Shown one piece after another: positions 50,401 through 62,762 of a stretch of DNA of 64,000 nt (position 1 is the first letter of the stretch; every line of letters begins with the position of its first letter). This DNA is from Cetorhinus maximus. Taxonomy: Eukaryota. The stretch spans positions 51,026,001-51,090,000 of the forward strand of contig NC_135898.1 of assembly GCF_964194155.1 (NCBI RefSeq), read 5' to 3'. The position numbers and the translations under genes are program-made. Below the pieces are notes generated by a model. It searched no databases. It had not been told where the DNA came from and saw nothing but the letters and a program-made list of their open reading frames with translations.

Positions 50401-53400
50401 TGAATGTGGCAATGGACTTTTATGTGTCTAGTGCCTTCTAGGCTGTTGATGGAAATATTAGCAACATCTCCCAGTTTGTAACTATTGTTACATAAGGGAG
50501 GTCACTGAGGCTCTTTATTTAAATGGAGATAACCTCATTGCATTCCCCCTTACCAGTAATAAATACACAGAACAAGCACAAGGGTTTGTAAGGATTGCAG
50601 TCTTCTTCATCGTGAGGATGCCACTGACTGTGCACATATGCATTTCACATGTCAACGCTGCCATGTACTGGAACAGAAAGGGATTCCATTCTCTCAAAGT
50701 CAAAATGACAGTGACCATAGGCAGCATATCTTGCAGATCAATGCCCACTGTCCTGCTGTATTTATTTTCTAGCATTCCACTGTTCTAGCTGTATTTCAGG
50801 CACCACAGCAAACGAAAGGCTGACTACTGGGTGACAAGGGCTATCCACTGGCTCCTGTTTGTAACCCATACACGGATGCAAAGCATGCGTATAATGAGAA
50901 CCATGCTGTTACAAGACACAGCATGCCATTGGCGTGCTGAAGCAACGATTCCTCTGCCTGATCTGCTTTTACAGTCCTGCGGTACTCAGTTGAGTAGGTC
51001 TCAAAATTTCTGATGGTATCTTGCATGCTGTACAACCTTGCCATCATGTGGGACCAGTCTTTGCCACCATAGATTAGGTAAGAAGCTGAGGAACAGGAGC
51101 AAGAGGAGGAGGAGGAAGTGAATTTGGAAGAAGAGGAAAAGGGGAGAGGCTGCAACCTAGACAGCTCCTTTCTTCTCAGGCTGTACATGAAGGGCTAATT
51201 CAAGTGCAATACCAGTAACTTCATCCCCGATTCCCCATTCAAAAACAGGACCATCCTCCTTACCAATTTAATAAATATCTGGAATTAAAAGTCTAATAAT
51301 GATCATGAAACCATTGTCAATTGTCGTAAAAACCCATCTGGTTCACTAATGTCCTTTAGGGAAGGAAATCTGCCGTCCCCACCTGGTCTGGCCTACATGT
51401 GACTCCAGACCCACAGCAATGTGGCTGACTCTTAAAAAAACTGCCCTCTGAACAAGGGCAATAGGGGATGGGCAATAAATGCTGACCAGCAGCGCTCACA
51501 TCCCAAGATCGAATTTTAAAAAAATCACTGGAGTCTGAAAAAAAGTAGAAAAAGGAGCACCTCTTTCCCCCTCTATCCCTAATTCCCACCGGAACCAAAT
51601 TCCCAACTCCTCACTCAATCTACGTCTCACTCAGGCATAGCCTGTTGTTCATGCACCCCTTTCTGTGTGCAGGTTTAAAACATCTCTGCTTATGTATAGA
51701 GAGGCTCTGATGACTCACTAGCCAGCTCAGCTTTAACACCTATTGAGGGCAACTACTTAATTACCACTTTCAGCAGCTCCCTGTTTAACTAGGGTATTCA
51801 AATAACAATGTTTGAAAGTAAAAACCTAACTCTTAATCTAAGTTTAAAGTTAAGAAAAGTTTACCAGAAATTCTCACCTGAACCAAATTCCAACTCCTTA
51901 CTCAATCTACATCTCACTGAGGTGTAGTCTGGTGTTCACGTGCCCCTTTCTGCATTGTTGGACCTGGTTCTGGGGAATGAATTGGCCCAAGTGGATCAAA
52001 TATCAGTGGGAGGAGAGCTGCTGCACTTCTTCTGAAGTTCTGATGGTGAAAAGGGAGAAGCTTCAAGGAAATACAAAATTATAGTTTATAGAAATTATAA
52101 TTCTTTAACATTTATTTTTCCTTAATTTTTATATGTAAAAATAAGGCAATACCTTCCCCATTCCTTCATCATTTATTCAGAAATAATTAGGTGAGGCATT
52201 GATAGATACCAACAATGGCATCAAGGTAAATGGCAGCTAATGAAGGTCTGATATACCAGTTACGTGGTGATGATTTCAGGGTTGTTAGAAAGTTTACTAT
52301 AAGCTATAAGAGCTTAGAATATAGGTTAAAATCAAGATAAAGCACTGGCATAAAACCCAGAAAGATTCAAAACTATCACAAATGATGGTGCTCAATTGAA
52401 TATATGAACTAAGTCATATATCCCAGCAGTAAAATCAATCAGGATGGTAACTGCAATCAAATGACAAATAGCAACAGTGAAGCAAATGTTTAACAACATG
52501 CCAAACTGCTCTACCAACTGGAAACTTAACTTGGTAACAATCAGCAAGATAATGAAATGGTAGGCTTGGTTGACAGGCTTATGTAAATGTGAAAATGTCG
52601 GGGTCAGCTGTGAAGTGACCATTTCCATCAGATGAGAGGCAGGTAGTTTGAGTACACAGCCTGCCAGACTGAATCAATTTGGAAGTCCAAACTATATTCA
52701 TGGTGGGGCCTCATTAAAAATCCATCGATGACTTGCTCTGATATTTGGTACAGCTCTTGACACAGGGAGAGTGGGCAATCTGGTTGCTCTTCCACAGTGC
52801 TCAGCCAGACCATGTAGATTAAAGGGGAGAGGGGAGAACCAATGGACGGAGTTTGTCCATCATATGATCTGCCTATAGGTACTTCAAAATTGCACCAGCA
52901 TCCTACTGACATCATCGTACTCTGGTTTGCATGAGCTAATGAGGCTTCTGCAAGTTTCTGGCAAAAACCTAAAACCACATTTGTCACAGTGCCATGGTGC
53001 TGGGAGCTAAGTCAGATGCACAGTTGGCTGGCAAATAGAATTTCCAATGAGCAATCAACTTTTAAACTGTGTTTATTTATACTGATAATTTTTTCCACAT
53101 TTTATATGGAAGCAAAGGGCAATGTGGGGACAACTACTCCTTTTCAGAAAAAAAGAACTAGAGGTGCTTGTGCAAAGGAGGATGGTGTAGTTTATATTGG
53201 AAGATCACCTACTAATGAAAGCAAGATGGATGGATGGATGGAGTTTGGGTAGAGATTAAATAAAATATCACAGATCTGTATGAAATATGCAAAAATTATG
53301 ATCTGCATATCAAAATAACCCTAAATTGGGAGCAAAATACAACTAAGTATCAATGGTTCCATTAAAACACAGCCTGTCAATGGAAAGGATGCCTATAAGA

Positions 53401-55290
53401 ATTCAGTAACAGCTCAGGTGACTGATTTGTTAATTTGCCAATTTTGTTTGGGTGCTGGGAGCACCAATTGTTGATCACAGAAAGGGTAAATTTCAATGCA
53501 GGATCTCATTAACAAAATTCCTCGTTTACAAGGTTCATACTAGCTGCCAGCTGAGCCTCTTTCTGCCCCAGCTTTTTCTTGTTGTAAATTGTAGTAGAAT
53601 TCATCTCTACACTCGCCCAAAAATCAGGTCTTTGTGAGACCCAGGGTGAGAAATTGGATTTTGTTTTTTGACATGTTGTGCATTATAAGTGCCCTTACAG
53701 CACCAAAATACAACACACTTGTGAAGCAAAGCTTGTCAGGTGCCATCTTGGTAAAGACATTAATGCATGCCCAGTTAATGTCTGCTCTAAGTGCGTAGTG
53801 CAGACAGATCACAATGTCAATCAACAGCCAGGGCTGTCATTTTGGAGCTCAATTAAGCAGCCGATGCTGGCTGTTAAGCTAAAAACACATAAGCAATGGT
53901 AAGGAGGCCTCCACCCATGCTATTTAAAGGGATCATCAACTGATTGCAGGTCAGTTGCTCATTGATTTCTTCTGGCTGTTACTAAAATTCTATGTAGTTT
54001 TGCTTTCTGCAGTTGAATCAAGTTTCAAAAATTTACAGCGAGTGGCTTGGCATGTGCTGAAGGATATTTTTGCTGACTTCAAGGCCAATTCACAAACGAG
54101 TTGCTTCCAAACAAGGGAGTAGTAGGCCTCCTTCTAGGAATAGAGCATAACTAGGAGAATAAGCAGAGGTCACACAGAGCAGAACAAACTGCCATAAGAG
54201 GAAGGAGGGAGAGAAGGACTCTCAGCAGAAGGCTATATCTACCCAGGGTGTTCAAGGAGCAATTCTCCTACCTGAACCTTAGTGATGAACAGTATTTGTG
54301 ACATTTGTGCTTCACTAAGGACATCTTCATTGAAGTTTGTCAACTTCTGTAGGTACAATTCCAACCTTATAGCAGGGCAAGGACCACAAAGACAATGGTT
54401 GTTAATGTGAATGTGGCAATGGACTTTTATGTGTCTAGTGCCTTCTAGGCTGTTGATGGAAATATTAGCAACATCTCCCAGTTTGTAACTATTGTTACAT
54501 GAGGGAGGTCACTGAGGCTCTTTATTTAAATGGAGATAACCTCATTGCATTCCCCCTTACCAGTAATAAATACACAGAACAAGCATAAGGGTTTGAAAGG
54601 ATTGCAGTCTTCTTCATCGTGAGGATGCCACTGACTGTGCACATATGCATTTCACATGTCAACGCTGCCATGTACTGGAACAGAAAGGGATTCCATTCTC
54701 TCAAAGTCAAAATGACAGTGACCATAGGCAGCATATCTTGCAGATCAATGCCCACTGTCCTGATAGCAGTCATGCTGCATTTATTTTCTAGCATTCCACT
54801 GTTCTAGCTGTATTTCAGGCACCACAGCAAACAAAAGGCTGACTACTGGGTGACAAGGGCTATCCACTGGCTCCTGTTTGTAACCCATACACATACCCTG
54901 AAAACAAAGCATGCGTATAATGAGAACCATACTGTTACAAGACACAGCATGCCATTGGCGTGCTGAAGCAACGATTCCTCTGCCTGATCTGCTTGAACAG
55001 TCCTGCGGTACTCAGTTGAGTAGGTCTCAAAATTCCTGGTGGTATCTTGCATGCTGCACAACCTTGCCATCATGTGGGACCAGTCTTTGCCACCATAGAT
55101 TAGGTGAGAAGCTGAGGAGCAGGAGCAAGAGGAGGATGAGGAAGTGAATTTGGAAGAGGAGGAAAAGGGGAGAGGCTGCAACCTAGACAGCTCCTTTCTT
55201 CTCAGGCTGTACATGAAGGGCTAATTCAAGTGCAATACCAGTAACTTCATCCCCGATTCCCCATTCAAAAACAGTACCATACTCCTTACC
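41146..55290. repeat. Tandem array of a ~4.0-kb unit: 41146-43250 (deleted copy), 43251-47256, 47257-51264, 51265-55290
   Basis: Near-identical ORFs recur at 4006-4008-bp spacing (e.g. 44376/48384/52392). The junction ccttacc|aatttaataaatatc occurs at 43250, 47256 and 51264. Confidence 0.97.
41570..43250 (+). mobile_element. Harbinger transposase remnant within the tandem unit (repeated at ~45576, ~49584, ~53592)
   Basis: [38 protein letters not shown] and CCxLxNLA fragments plus an acidic tail; many stops. Confidence 0.8.
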
Positions 55291-55320
55291 TACCCTGTAA
55301 TTAATGATCACATTATTCTC

Positions 55321-55444
55321 AGCAGGTCTAACAGCATCTGTGGCGATGTTGTTTATCTCTCTCCACTGAGGCTGTTAGACTTGCTGAGTTTTTCCAGCAT
55401 TTTCTGTTTTTGTTTCAGATTTCCAGCATCCGTAGTATTTGCTT
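55321..55444 (+). mobile_element. Short Penelope-type retro-insertion with inverted 5' end and 16-bp TSD
   Basis: TSD tgatcacattattctc at 55305-55320 and 55445-55460; same family as 40904-41071 (agatttccagcatcc...gtattt). Confidence 0.75.
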
Positions 55445-55529
55445 TGATCACATTATTCTCTCGGCCATAATGCAAAAAATAAATGCAACACAAACTAAAC
55501 ATTCCAAACCAAATATATAAATTAAATAA

Positions 55530-56520
55530 CAATTTACATTTATGTAGTATTTTAATGTAGTAAAAAGTCCCAAGGCACTTCACAAGAATGCGATAAATGA
55601 AAAACATCTTTGTTTTTTAGTCACTGAGCCAAAGAAAGAGAATCAGTAAAGACAACCAAAAGCTTAATCAAAGAGCTAGTTTTCAGGGGCACCTTAAAAT
55701 AGAAAAGAGAGCGGGCAGAATCATATAGGGATGTTTAGGGAATGAAATCAGAACTTAGAGCCAAGGCGGCTGAAACCAAGACTGCCAGAGGTGGAGTGAT
55801 AAAAATCTGGAATGTATAGGCTAGAATTGGAGGAGCACAGAGATCTCAGGCATATGGGGCTGGAGGTGGCTGTACAGACAGGGAGGGGTGATCCCATGGA
55901 GGGATCTGAAAACAAGGATGATGTTAAAATTGATGCGTTGTTGGATGGGGACCCAGTGAATGTCAGTGAGTACAGGGATGATGGCTGAGTGAGATTTGGA
56001 GTGAATTAAGATACAGGCAGCGGAGTTTCAGATGAACACAGGTTTATGTAGGGTGAATGATGGGAGTCCAGCCAAGAGAGCATACGAATAACCAAGTCCA
56101 GAGGTAGCAAAGACATGTATGAGGTTTCAGTAGCAGATGAGCTGAGGAAAGGTGAGAATTGAGTGTTGGTACAGAAGTGGAAGTAGGCAGTCTCTGTGGT
56201 GCTTGAAAACTCAAATTGTGGTCATGCACAACATGTGGGCTGGGAATGGACTTGCTCAGCTTATGACAGTTCCAGGAATGGAAACCATGGACAGGGAACA
56301 GAGTTTGTGGTTGGGGTTAAAGACAATGGCATCAGCCTTCCAGACATTTATTTGGAAATTTCTGCTCATCCAAAATTGATTGTCGGACAAGCACTGTGAC
56401 AAATCAGAGAATTGAGGGGGCCAAAGGAGTGCTGGTGAGATAGAACTGTGTGTTGCTGGCATTTATGTGGAACCTGATGTTGTATTTTCTGATAATATTG
56501 CCAAGTGGGAGCATGTAGGC
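55530..56520 (-). mobile_element. L2 LINE 3' fragment
   Basis: Same 3' end as 9920 (catttatgtag...gtcccaaggcacttcacaag); CLSDxQxWMSRNFQxN..K...IVF and LDY-like motifs. Confidence 0.8.
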
Positions 56521-57540
56521 ATGTTTCTTAGCCCCCAGTTACTTTCTGCTGCCATCAGTTGTGTACCAGCTTCTGCAAGGGAGAAGGAAGTGTGCCCGAG
56601 AATGTCATGCAATATGCTTGAGTGTCATGACAATCATGTTGAATAGCTGGCAGTGTGTGCAAAGTGTGAGGTGTGGGTCTGAGGCTTGTAGTAGCGCTAA
56701 GTATGTGAGGGTGAGGTGAAGCATATGTATATTAGCTATGAGCCAGGTGACAGGTGAAAATTGATCCCATTAGAAACCCTATTGTCTTTCTAAGTTGCTT
56801 GGTGCCCTGCAGCTCACCAGTTGAATTAATGAAGCTGGTTCCTCAAAATTAAAGTTGCCCCTTTCACTCTTGTTGTGGGTGATGATGGATATTAGGCTCC
56901 TCAAAAGTGAACATGCATATAAAATTGTTTCTCTTGGATAGTCTGAATTAGGGACAAAGGTTTTGTTTCACTGTTGATGAAGTTATACTACTCATGGCCT
57001 AAACTAGGGAAAGAAGTGAACAGGTTTGGGACATACAAGATATATAGGCCCTGGTAATAAGTTGGAAGCGGGTAGAGAGCTGGGGTGGGCAGCCGGAGAG
57101 GGAGGGAGGGGTGGGGGTTGGTGGGATGGAATTTGCCACCTGGAAACCCAAAGCCCTGTCAAATTTAACAGCAGGTTCTGTTTTTAATATTTCAGCAGGT
57201 TTACCGCCTGCAGCCAGCCAACTGGTGGGTAATTAAAGCAGTTGGAGAGCAGAACAGAGAGAAATTCGACACAGAGATGAGATGGAGGGGATCGGTGATA
57301 GAAGGCTACGGGAAGGATTGGCTGATCACAGGATCCAGATACCAACTCGGGAGGGTGGGGGTTTAGTAGATCACAGGGAGGGCGATCATATGGTGGAACG
57401 TTTGGTGTGCCTGCCTCTCCCAGCTCATAAAGAATGCTGTGGAGGCATTTATCTGATGATTCAGCCCCTTACACCTTCCTTCATCTGCTGTCTTTCTCAA
57501 GATCCAGCAAAGTCAACCTGCACCCCTTAACACTGAAAGT

Positions 57541-57600
57541 TAAGTATTTCTGAAAAAAGTGCAAGAGGAAAAGTTTCGTCTTTTTTCAGCAAGACTCAAG
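57541..57600. repeat. Miniature fold-back copy of the 6392-6948 family
   Basis: agtatttctgaaaaaa ... ttttttcagcaagact inverted ends enclose gtgcaagaggaaaagtttcg (partial hammerhead). Confidence 0.55.
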
Positions 57601-59106
57601 TACTGTATTTTTTTTTGGAACTCTTTCAGAGTCAAACAATTAAACTAAATTAACAAAATCAAGTACTGTAATACCGAACGACTACTAAAAGTTGTTAAAT
57701 TGGCGGCAGGCAGCCTCCTTCAAATATGTTAGTGACCGATTCTGAGACAGAACTTGTCGCCCAACCCCTGTCCGCCTCTGTTAAAACCAGAAGTGTGCTG
57801 GTTGCTCATTTAAAAAAATTCTTAACCCCGCAGAGGGGCTGCATTCACATTCTGGCTGTAGTGATGGTTAAACGTGTGGTTGAAGTCAATGCGATGAAAA
57901 CCAGGTGAATTCTGCCATGGGCGGTCGGGCACTGAGGTTAAAAATTTACCCGTGTGGCTTTGATGCAAAGCATCATTGTCTGGCGGCTGGCTTTAGACCG
58001 CTGTCTCCCTGAATGAACTCCGTTGAAATAAAGCTCAGGAGGTTTATAACAGGTTGTTGTTCTGATATCATCTGTTGTACAACATTATAGCCTAGAAAAG
58101 GATCTAACATTCAATAGTTTTAAGGAGTTGCGCTACCGCTTTTACATGTAAACTCCAAACAATTTTATGGTAATGTTTATATCTTGGTGACAGCGGAGAC
58201 CTTAGGGCTGTGCTTTGCACGCTCAGAATTGTGACGAGTTATTCATACAGTCCTTATATTATATTTTTCAAGGTGGGATGTGATTTTCACCGCATATTTT
58301 AGGCATTAAAGAGGTGGCCAAGATTGAGTCTTAAGCTGAAATAGCAGTTTGGTCTGCACTTAGCAGTCTTGGTAAAGGAGTTGAAGTTAGTGCTCGGAAT
58401 GGCCATCCGTAGGCTTATCAAGCAGCTGGTTTCCACTTAAAACAGCCTGCTAGTGATTATTAAAGAGGCTGCATGGCAGTTTGGTGGCCAGTGCTTCATC
58501 TAACACCCTTTCCCAATACCAACAAGTTGTTTGGGAGCAAACATGGCAATGGTGTTGATTTCAAGCACTATTTAAAGGATACTCAACATTTTAAGATTAT
58601 TGCTGCTGGAGCTGTGTGCCGATCAGAGCACCCCACACCTTGTGGAAGTGGGCGCAAGACCCCCATAGACTGCTTGACCAAAATTGCATCTAACTTGAAT
58701 GCTGAACCTGAAGTTGTCTGTTTAGCACGGTAACTTGAAATTCTGATCATTAGCAATTAGGGCCGAACTTGTGCGCTCCAACCAGACTTTTAAACAGTCC
58801 AGGCTTACTATTACTGCGCACATTTCGTGACTTCTTCATCCTTTGCCCATTAACCCCTCCCCCGCCAAGTTTTAGTCCTCATTTAGGAAGAACATAAATC
58901 TCTGCCGCAGCCACCATTGCTTACTGCCCTAAATATCCTAACCTATATTTTTAAAAATGAAGATATAGTACCGCCCCCAATGCCACTGGTGTATGAACAT
59001 TGCTTTGCATTTGGAAACTAACGGAAACTCAAAGCGGAAGCGAAGCATATCCGCCACAACAGAATTGAACACTAGCCTCAAATGTTCTGTGGGACAATAT
59101 ACAGAC

Positions 59107-59163
59107 ATGGAAGACACGCTGAAAGAAGGTCTGCTCCACATGCAGCAGCAGAAGTTCAGGAAG
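59107..59163 (+). CDS. Docking protein (DOK1/DOK2/DOK3 family), coding exon 1 (MEDTLKEGLLHMQQQKFRK)
   Basis: GACATGG Kozak context; KEGxLxxQQQxF start of the DOK PH domain; AAG/gtatct donor in phase 0 with exon 2. Confidence 0.88.
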
Positions 59164-59843
59164 GTATCTGCCTTTATTTCCATGCAAAAAGCATTTCTTG
59201 CGCTAGGTACGGATAAAAATCTCCAACATTTTTTCACAGGGATGTAGCAACACACTGGGACTCGATCCATGTAGACTTGTTGACCTCACATAAGTCGATA
59301 ATAGTAAAATCATCGCCTAACAAAAGGGACTTTTCCATTAATTTTATAGACATTTATTGCACTTTTTATTTGTCCTTTGATTTATTTGTTTATTACTGAC
59401 AACATGCATACCAATTACTTACACGGTTTTGCAAGTGAGACAGCAAATCTATCTGAGCTGTATAATTGTAAAAAAAAATCGTGCGTTTTTTAACATTTCA
59501 TTATTAGTGAGGGAGGTGATTTATACCGTTTTATTTTGTATAAAAGCCTTGCGAATCGGTGACATATCGGCGTGGTTTGTGATCCACTCGCGTGTTTGGC
59601 CAGCCCCTCTGTATGAAGTTACTGCATGTAAACATCAATTCATAAGGTACAATTTCACATGTGGATCGACTAATTCCTTTACGTTTACTGAATGTCAGTG
59701 TGTTTGTGAGTGGTTGTGTACACTTTTTTTGAGATTTGTGCTTCACTTTAACATTTTCAAGTGAATGATGTAAGTTAAATATATTTGTGCATCCTGATTC
59801 AATCTTAAAATCTATATTAAAATTCACATTTTCTCCCCCACAG

Positions 59844-60140
59844 AAATGGAAGAGGGTTTGGCTTATCCTCTACCCCCAGAGCAATCAGTCTGTTTCTCGT
59901 CTTGAGTACTTTGAGTTCAAAGATGGCTCCACTTTATCAGAGATGCATATTACAAGAAGGATAGACAGAAAGTTCATTCGAATGAGCGACTGTGTCAGAA
60001 TATCTGAGGTTGTTGTAGAAAACTGCTCAAAGGATTCAAGCGCCTTTTCAGTTGAGACAACCACGAAACTGTATACGTTTTTAACTGAGAAAACTGACTG
60101 CAAAGAATGGGTACAGAAACTCACAGAAACTGCTTTTCAA
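59844..60140 (+). CDS. Docking protein (DOK1/DOK2/DOK3 family), coding exon 2, PH domain; gene probably continues beyond the window
   Basis: KWKRVWLILYPQS..VSRLEYFE..RRIDRKFIRMSDCVRI..SAFSVET..LY..EWVQKL..AF is the DOK-A PH signature; ttttctcccccacag acceptor and gtaagt donor; 297 nt. No PTB-domain exons were recognised before 64000. Confidence 0.92.
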
Positions 60141-61386
60141 GTAAGTAAAATTGAACATGAAATATGTAATAATTTGCATGTCATCTAATCATATAACTAT
60201 ATATCATATATATATTAGGATTTAGAAAGTCAAAGTTCACCTCTTCATATACCGCAGAAATGAAGTTCAGGCTGTCTGGAGAAAAAATGCTGGTTCTAGA
60301 CTCACTGAACCAGATGCAAATTCATCATCAGGCCACCAAGGATTATCAATACATTCCACCCATAAAGCTGTATGATTCAATGTTCCTGAACTGACCATCC
60401 AAGCTTCAGTCATCTTTTTCCCATTCAGTAGCTGACCGGAGATAAAATATCGATTTGTGTAAAAAAAAATGTTCAAGTTACCTTTTTTTTTACAACTAAG
60501 TTGTTATGGGTCAGTCACTATATCTGTCTGTTGCACCATGAGATTTGAATGTGATTTTTAAATTAAAAAATTACATCCAGTGAAGAACAGATGAAGGGCA
60601 CTGCAGGCCATAGGACAAGATTAAATAAATTTGCTGAAATCTAGGTGAAGGACCAAGATCTATAGTGCAGGACTTCAGCAAGGTTGAAAAGAATAGTAAA
60701 GAAAAAAGGTATATCAAAAAAACATTAGTTAGGTGTTGCAATTTGTAATCTATTGCAGCTATCACGGCTAGCCTCAAGAAAATGCATCCTCCCCACGAGG
60801 GAAGGCAATCCACTCCACAACAAACATGCATGTAACACCTTTGGGACATAGGCATAGAATCTGTGGACTCTGCCTGATGCTCTGAAATAACCAGGCAGTC
60901 GGAACTCTTCACTGGTAACTTATTCTACCAGATATCTGTCACTTGGCTGTGTGCTGTGAAAGACTCGCATAGGGCAACAACCCAGCTCCGAGATCTTTCT
61001 GATTCGGTAGGGAGAATTTTAAATGGAATTGGGGTTTGGTTGGGCAAGGATGCCAAATGGGCCAAGCATTGGCAATTTGAGGTCTGGGCAATTTTAATTT
61101 CCTGGTATAATCTGCAAGGTGCCAATGGCCCAAATGTGTCTGCTCTCTGGTGGAAGGAAAGGGTGTTCATTTCAGGGGAATCCTAAACTTTCCTTGTGGA
61201 GGACTACTCTGGACCCACAAGTAATCAAACTTCCTTAAATGGATTCTTCTGGTTCCTTTTCTGGTATTCGTTTCCCACTATCTTCACCAGGAAAGAAGGC
61301 TGCAAGGCCAGAGTTAAAATTGCAGTCAGAGCACAATGACATCATCAGGCCCCAGTGAAAGAAGGGTCCTGCAGCCCATTTCCCTG

Positions 61387-61900
61387 TGTAGATTATAAGA
61401 AGGATGTGATCACACTAGAGGGTACAGAGGAAATTTACAAGGATGTTGCTAGAAATGGAGAATTTTAACTATGAGAAAAGATTGGATAGGATAGGGTTGT
61501 TTTCTTTGGAGCAGAGGAGGCTGAGGAGAAATTTAATTGAGATGTATAAAATTTGAGGGGCCTAGATAGGTTCTTCCTATCCACTCTATTTCTGTTTGCA
61601 AAGGGGTCAATAACCAGGGAGCATGGATTTAAGTAGAAGGATTAGAGAGGAATTGAAGATTTTTTTTTCACCCAGAAGGTGGTGGGGATCTGAAACTCAC
61701 TGTATGAAAGGCTGGAGGAGGCAGAAATCATCATTGCATTTTTAAAAAAAACTTTGATATGCACTCGTGATGTTGTAACCTACAGGGCTATGAATCAAGA
61801 TCTTGAAGGTGGAATTAGGTGGATAACTTTTTTTGGCCAGTATGGCCACAAGGGATTGAATGACCTTCTCCTGGGCTGTAAAGTTTCTATGTTTCCTATA
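61387..61900 (+). mobile_element. CR1 LINE 3' fragment
   Basis: KDVITLE-VQRKFTRML..YEKRLDRIGLFSLEQRRLR; typical 3' tail. Confidence 0.85.
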
Positions 61901-62055
61901 TGTGATTCCAGATCAACAGCAACGTGGGTAACTCTTAACTTCCATCTAAAACTTCCATCTGCAAGCTATTCAGTTGTACAGGGATGGTCAGTGACACCTA
62001 AGTCCCATGAATGAATAGATAAAGAGCATTTGTTTAGATTGCCACAGATCACCAT

Positions 62056-62762
62056 GGGCAGAATTTTGCCCTTAATAGGCGGGCGGGCCCGACCGACTTG
62101 GCAGTGGGCGGGCAGCCGATCGCCACCACCAAAACGGGCCCCGCCACCATTTTAAGTGGGCGGGCCAATTAAGGCCTGCCCAGCGTGTCACCCGACGGGA
62201 AGCGCTGTGCACTCCCTGTGCGAGCAGGGGGGGGATTCTCCAACTGCCAGAGTGCGCTCTTTTGCGCATGCACGTGAAAGAGCGCACGTCTCCCTGAGGC
62301 AAAGTGCTGCCTCAGGGAGATTGCTGAAACTCTGTGAAAGTCTGAAAATAGAAAAATTAAAAAATCATTAACATGTCCCCTTCGTGAAAATGTCACATGA
62401 GATGGGACATGTTAGTGAAGAACACAAACACTTTATTAAAAGTTTTTAAATCCGATATCAAACCTCATCCTGCCACTGGATGAGGTTTGTAAAAAAACAC
62501 TTACCCACCTGCCCATTGGGCCCATGCGCCAACCCGAAGTGTGCATGGGCCCCTCAAAATCCTGGTCGATTGGAGAGTTAATGGCCTTAACAAGGCCTTT
62601 AATGAATGGCGGGCGCGTGTCCTGCTGCATAGCGTGCCTGCTGACCGATATATTGCGATGCCGCGCGCTGACGTCGGGACGCTCGCACGACGTCAGCGTG
62701 CGACATTTTAAGCGCTGGCATGTGGACTCCGCCACCCGCACGCCAGCCAGAAGATTCTGCCT
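62056..62762. mobile_element. Young CpG-rich Harbinger-type MITE in DOK intron 2
   Basis: TIRs GGGCAGAATT / GATTCTGCCT with 3-bp TSD CAT; CpGs retained. Confidence 0.8.

Noticed and set aside
41146-55290. Possible CRISPR-like or multigene array
   Set aside because: Units are 4-kb copies of transposon debris with no short repeat-spacer structure and no intact gene; the context is eukaryotic.
62056-62762. CpG-island-like segment (also 33170-34560)
   Set aside because: Bounded by TIRs/TSD (left TIR only for 33170); CpG richness reflects a young MITE rather than a promoter.
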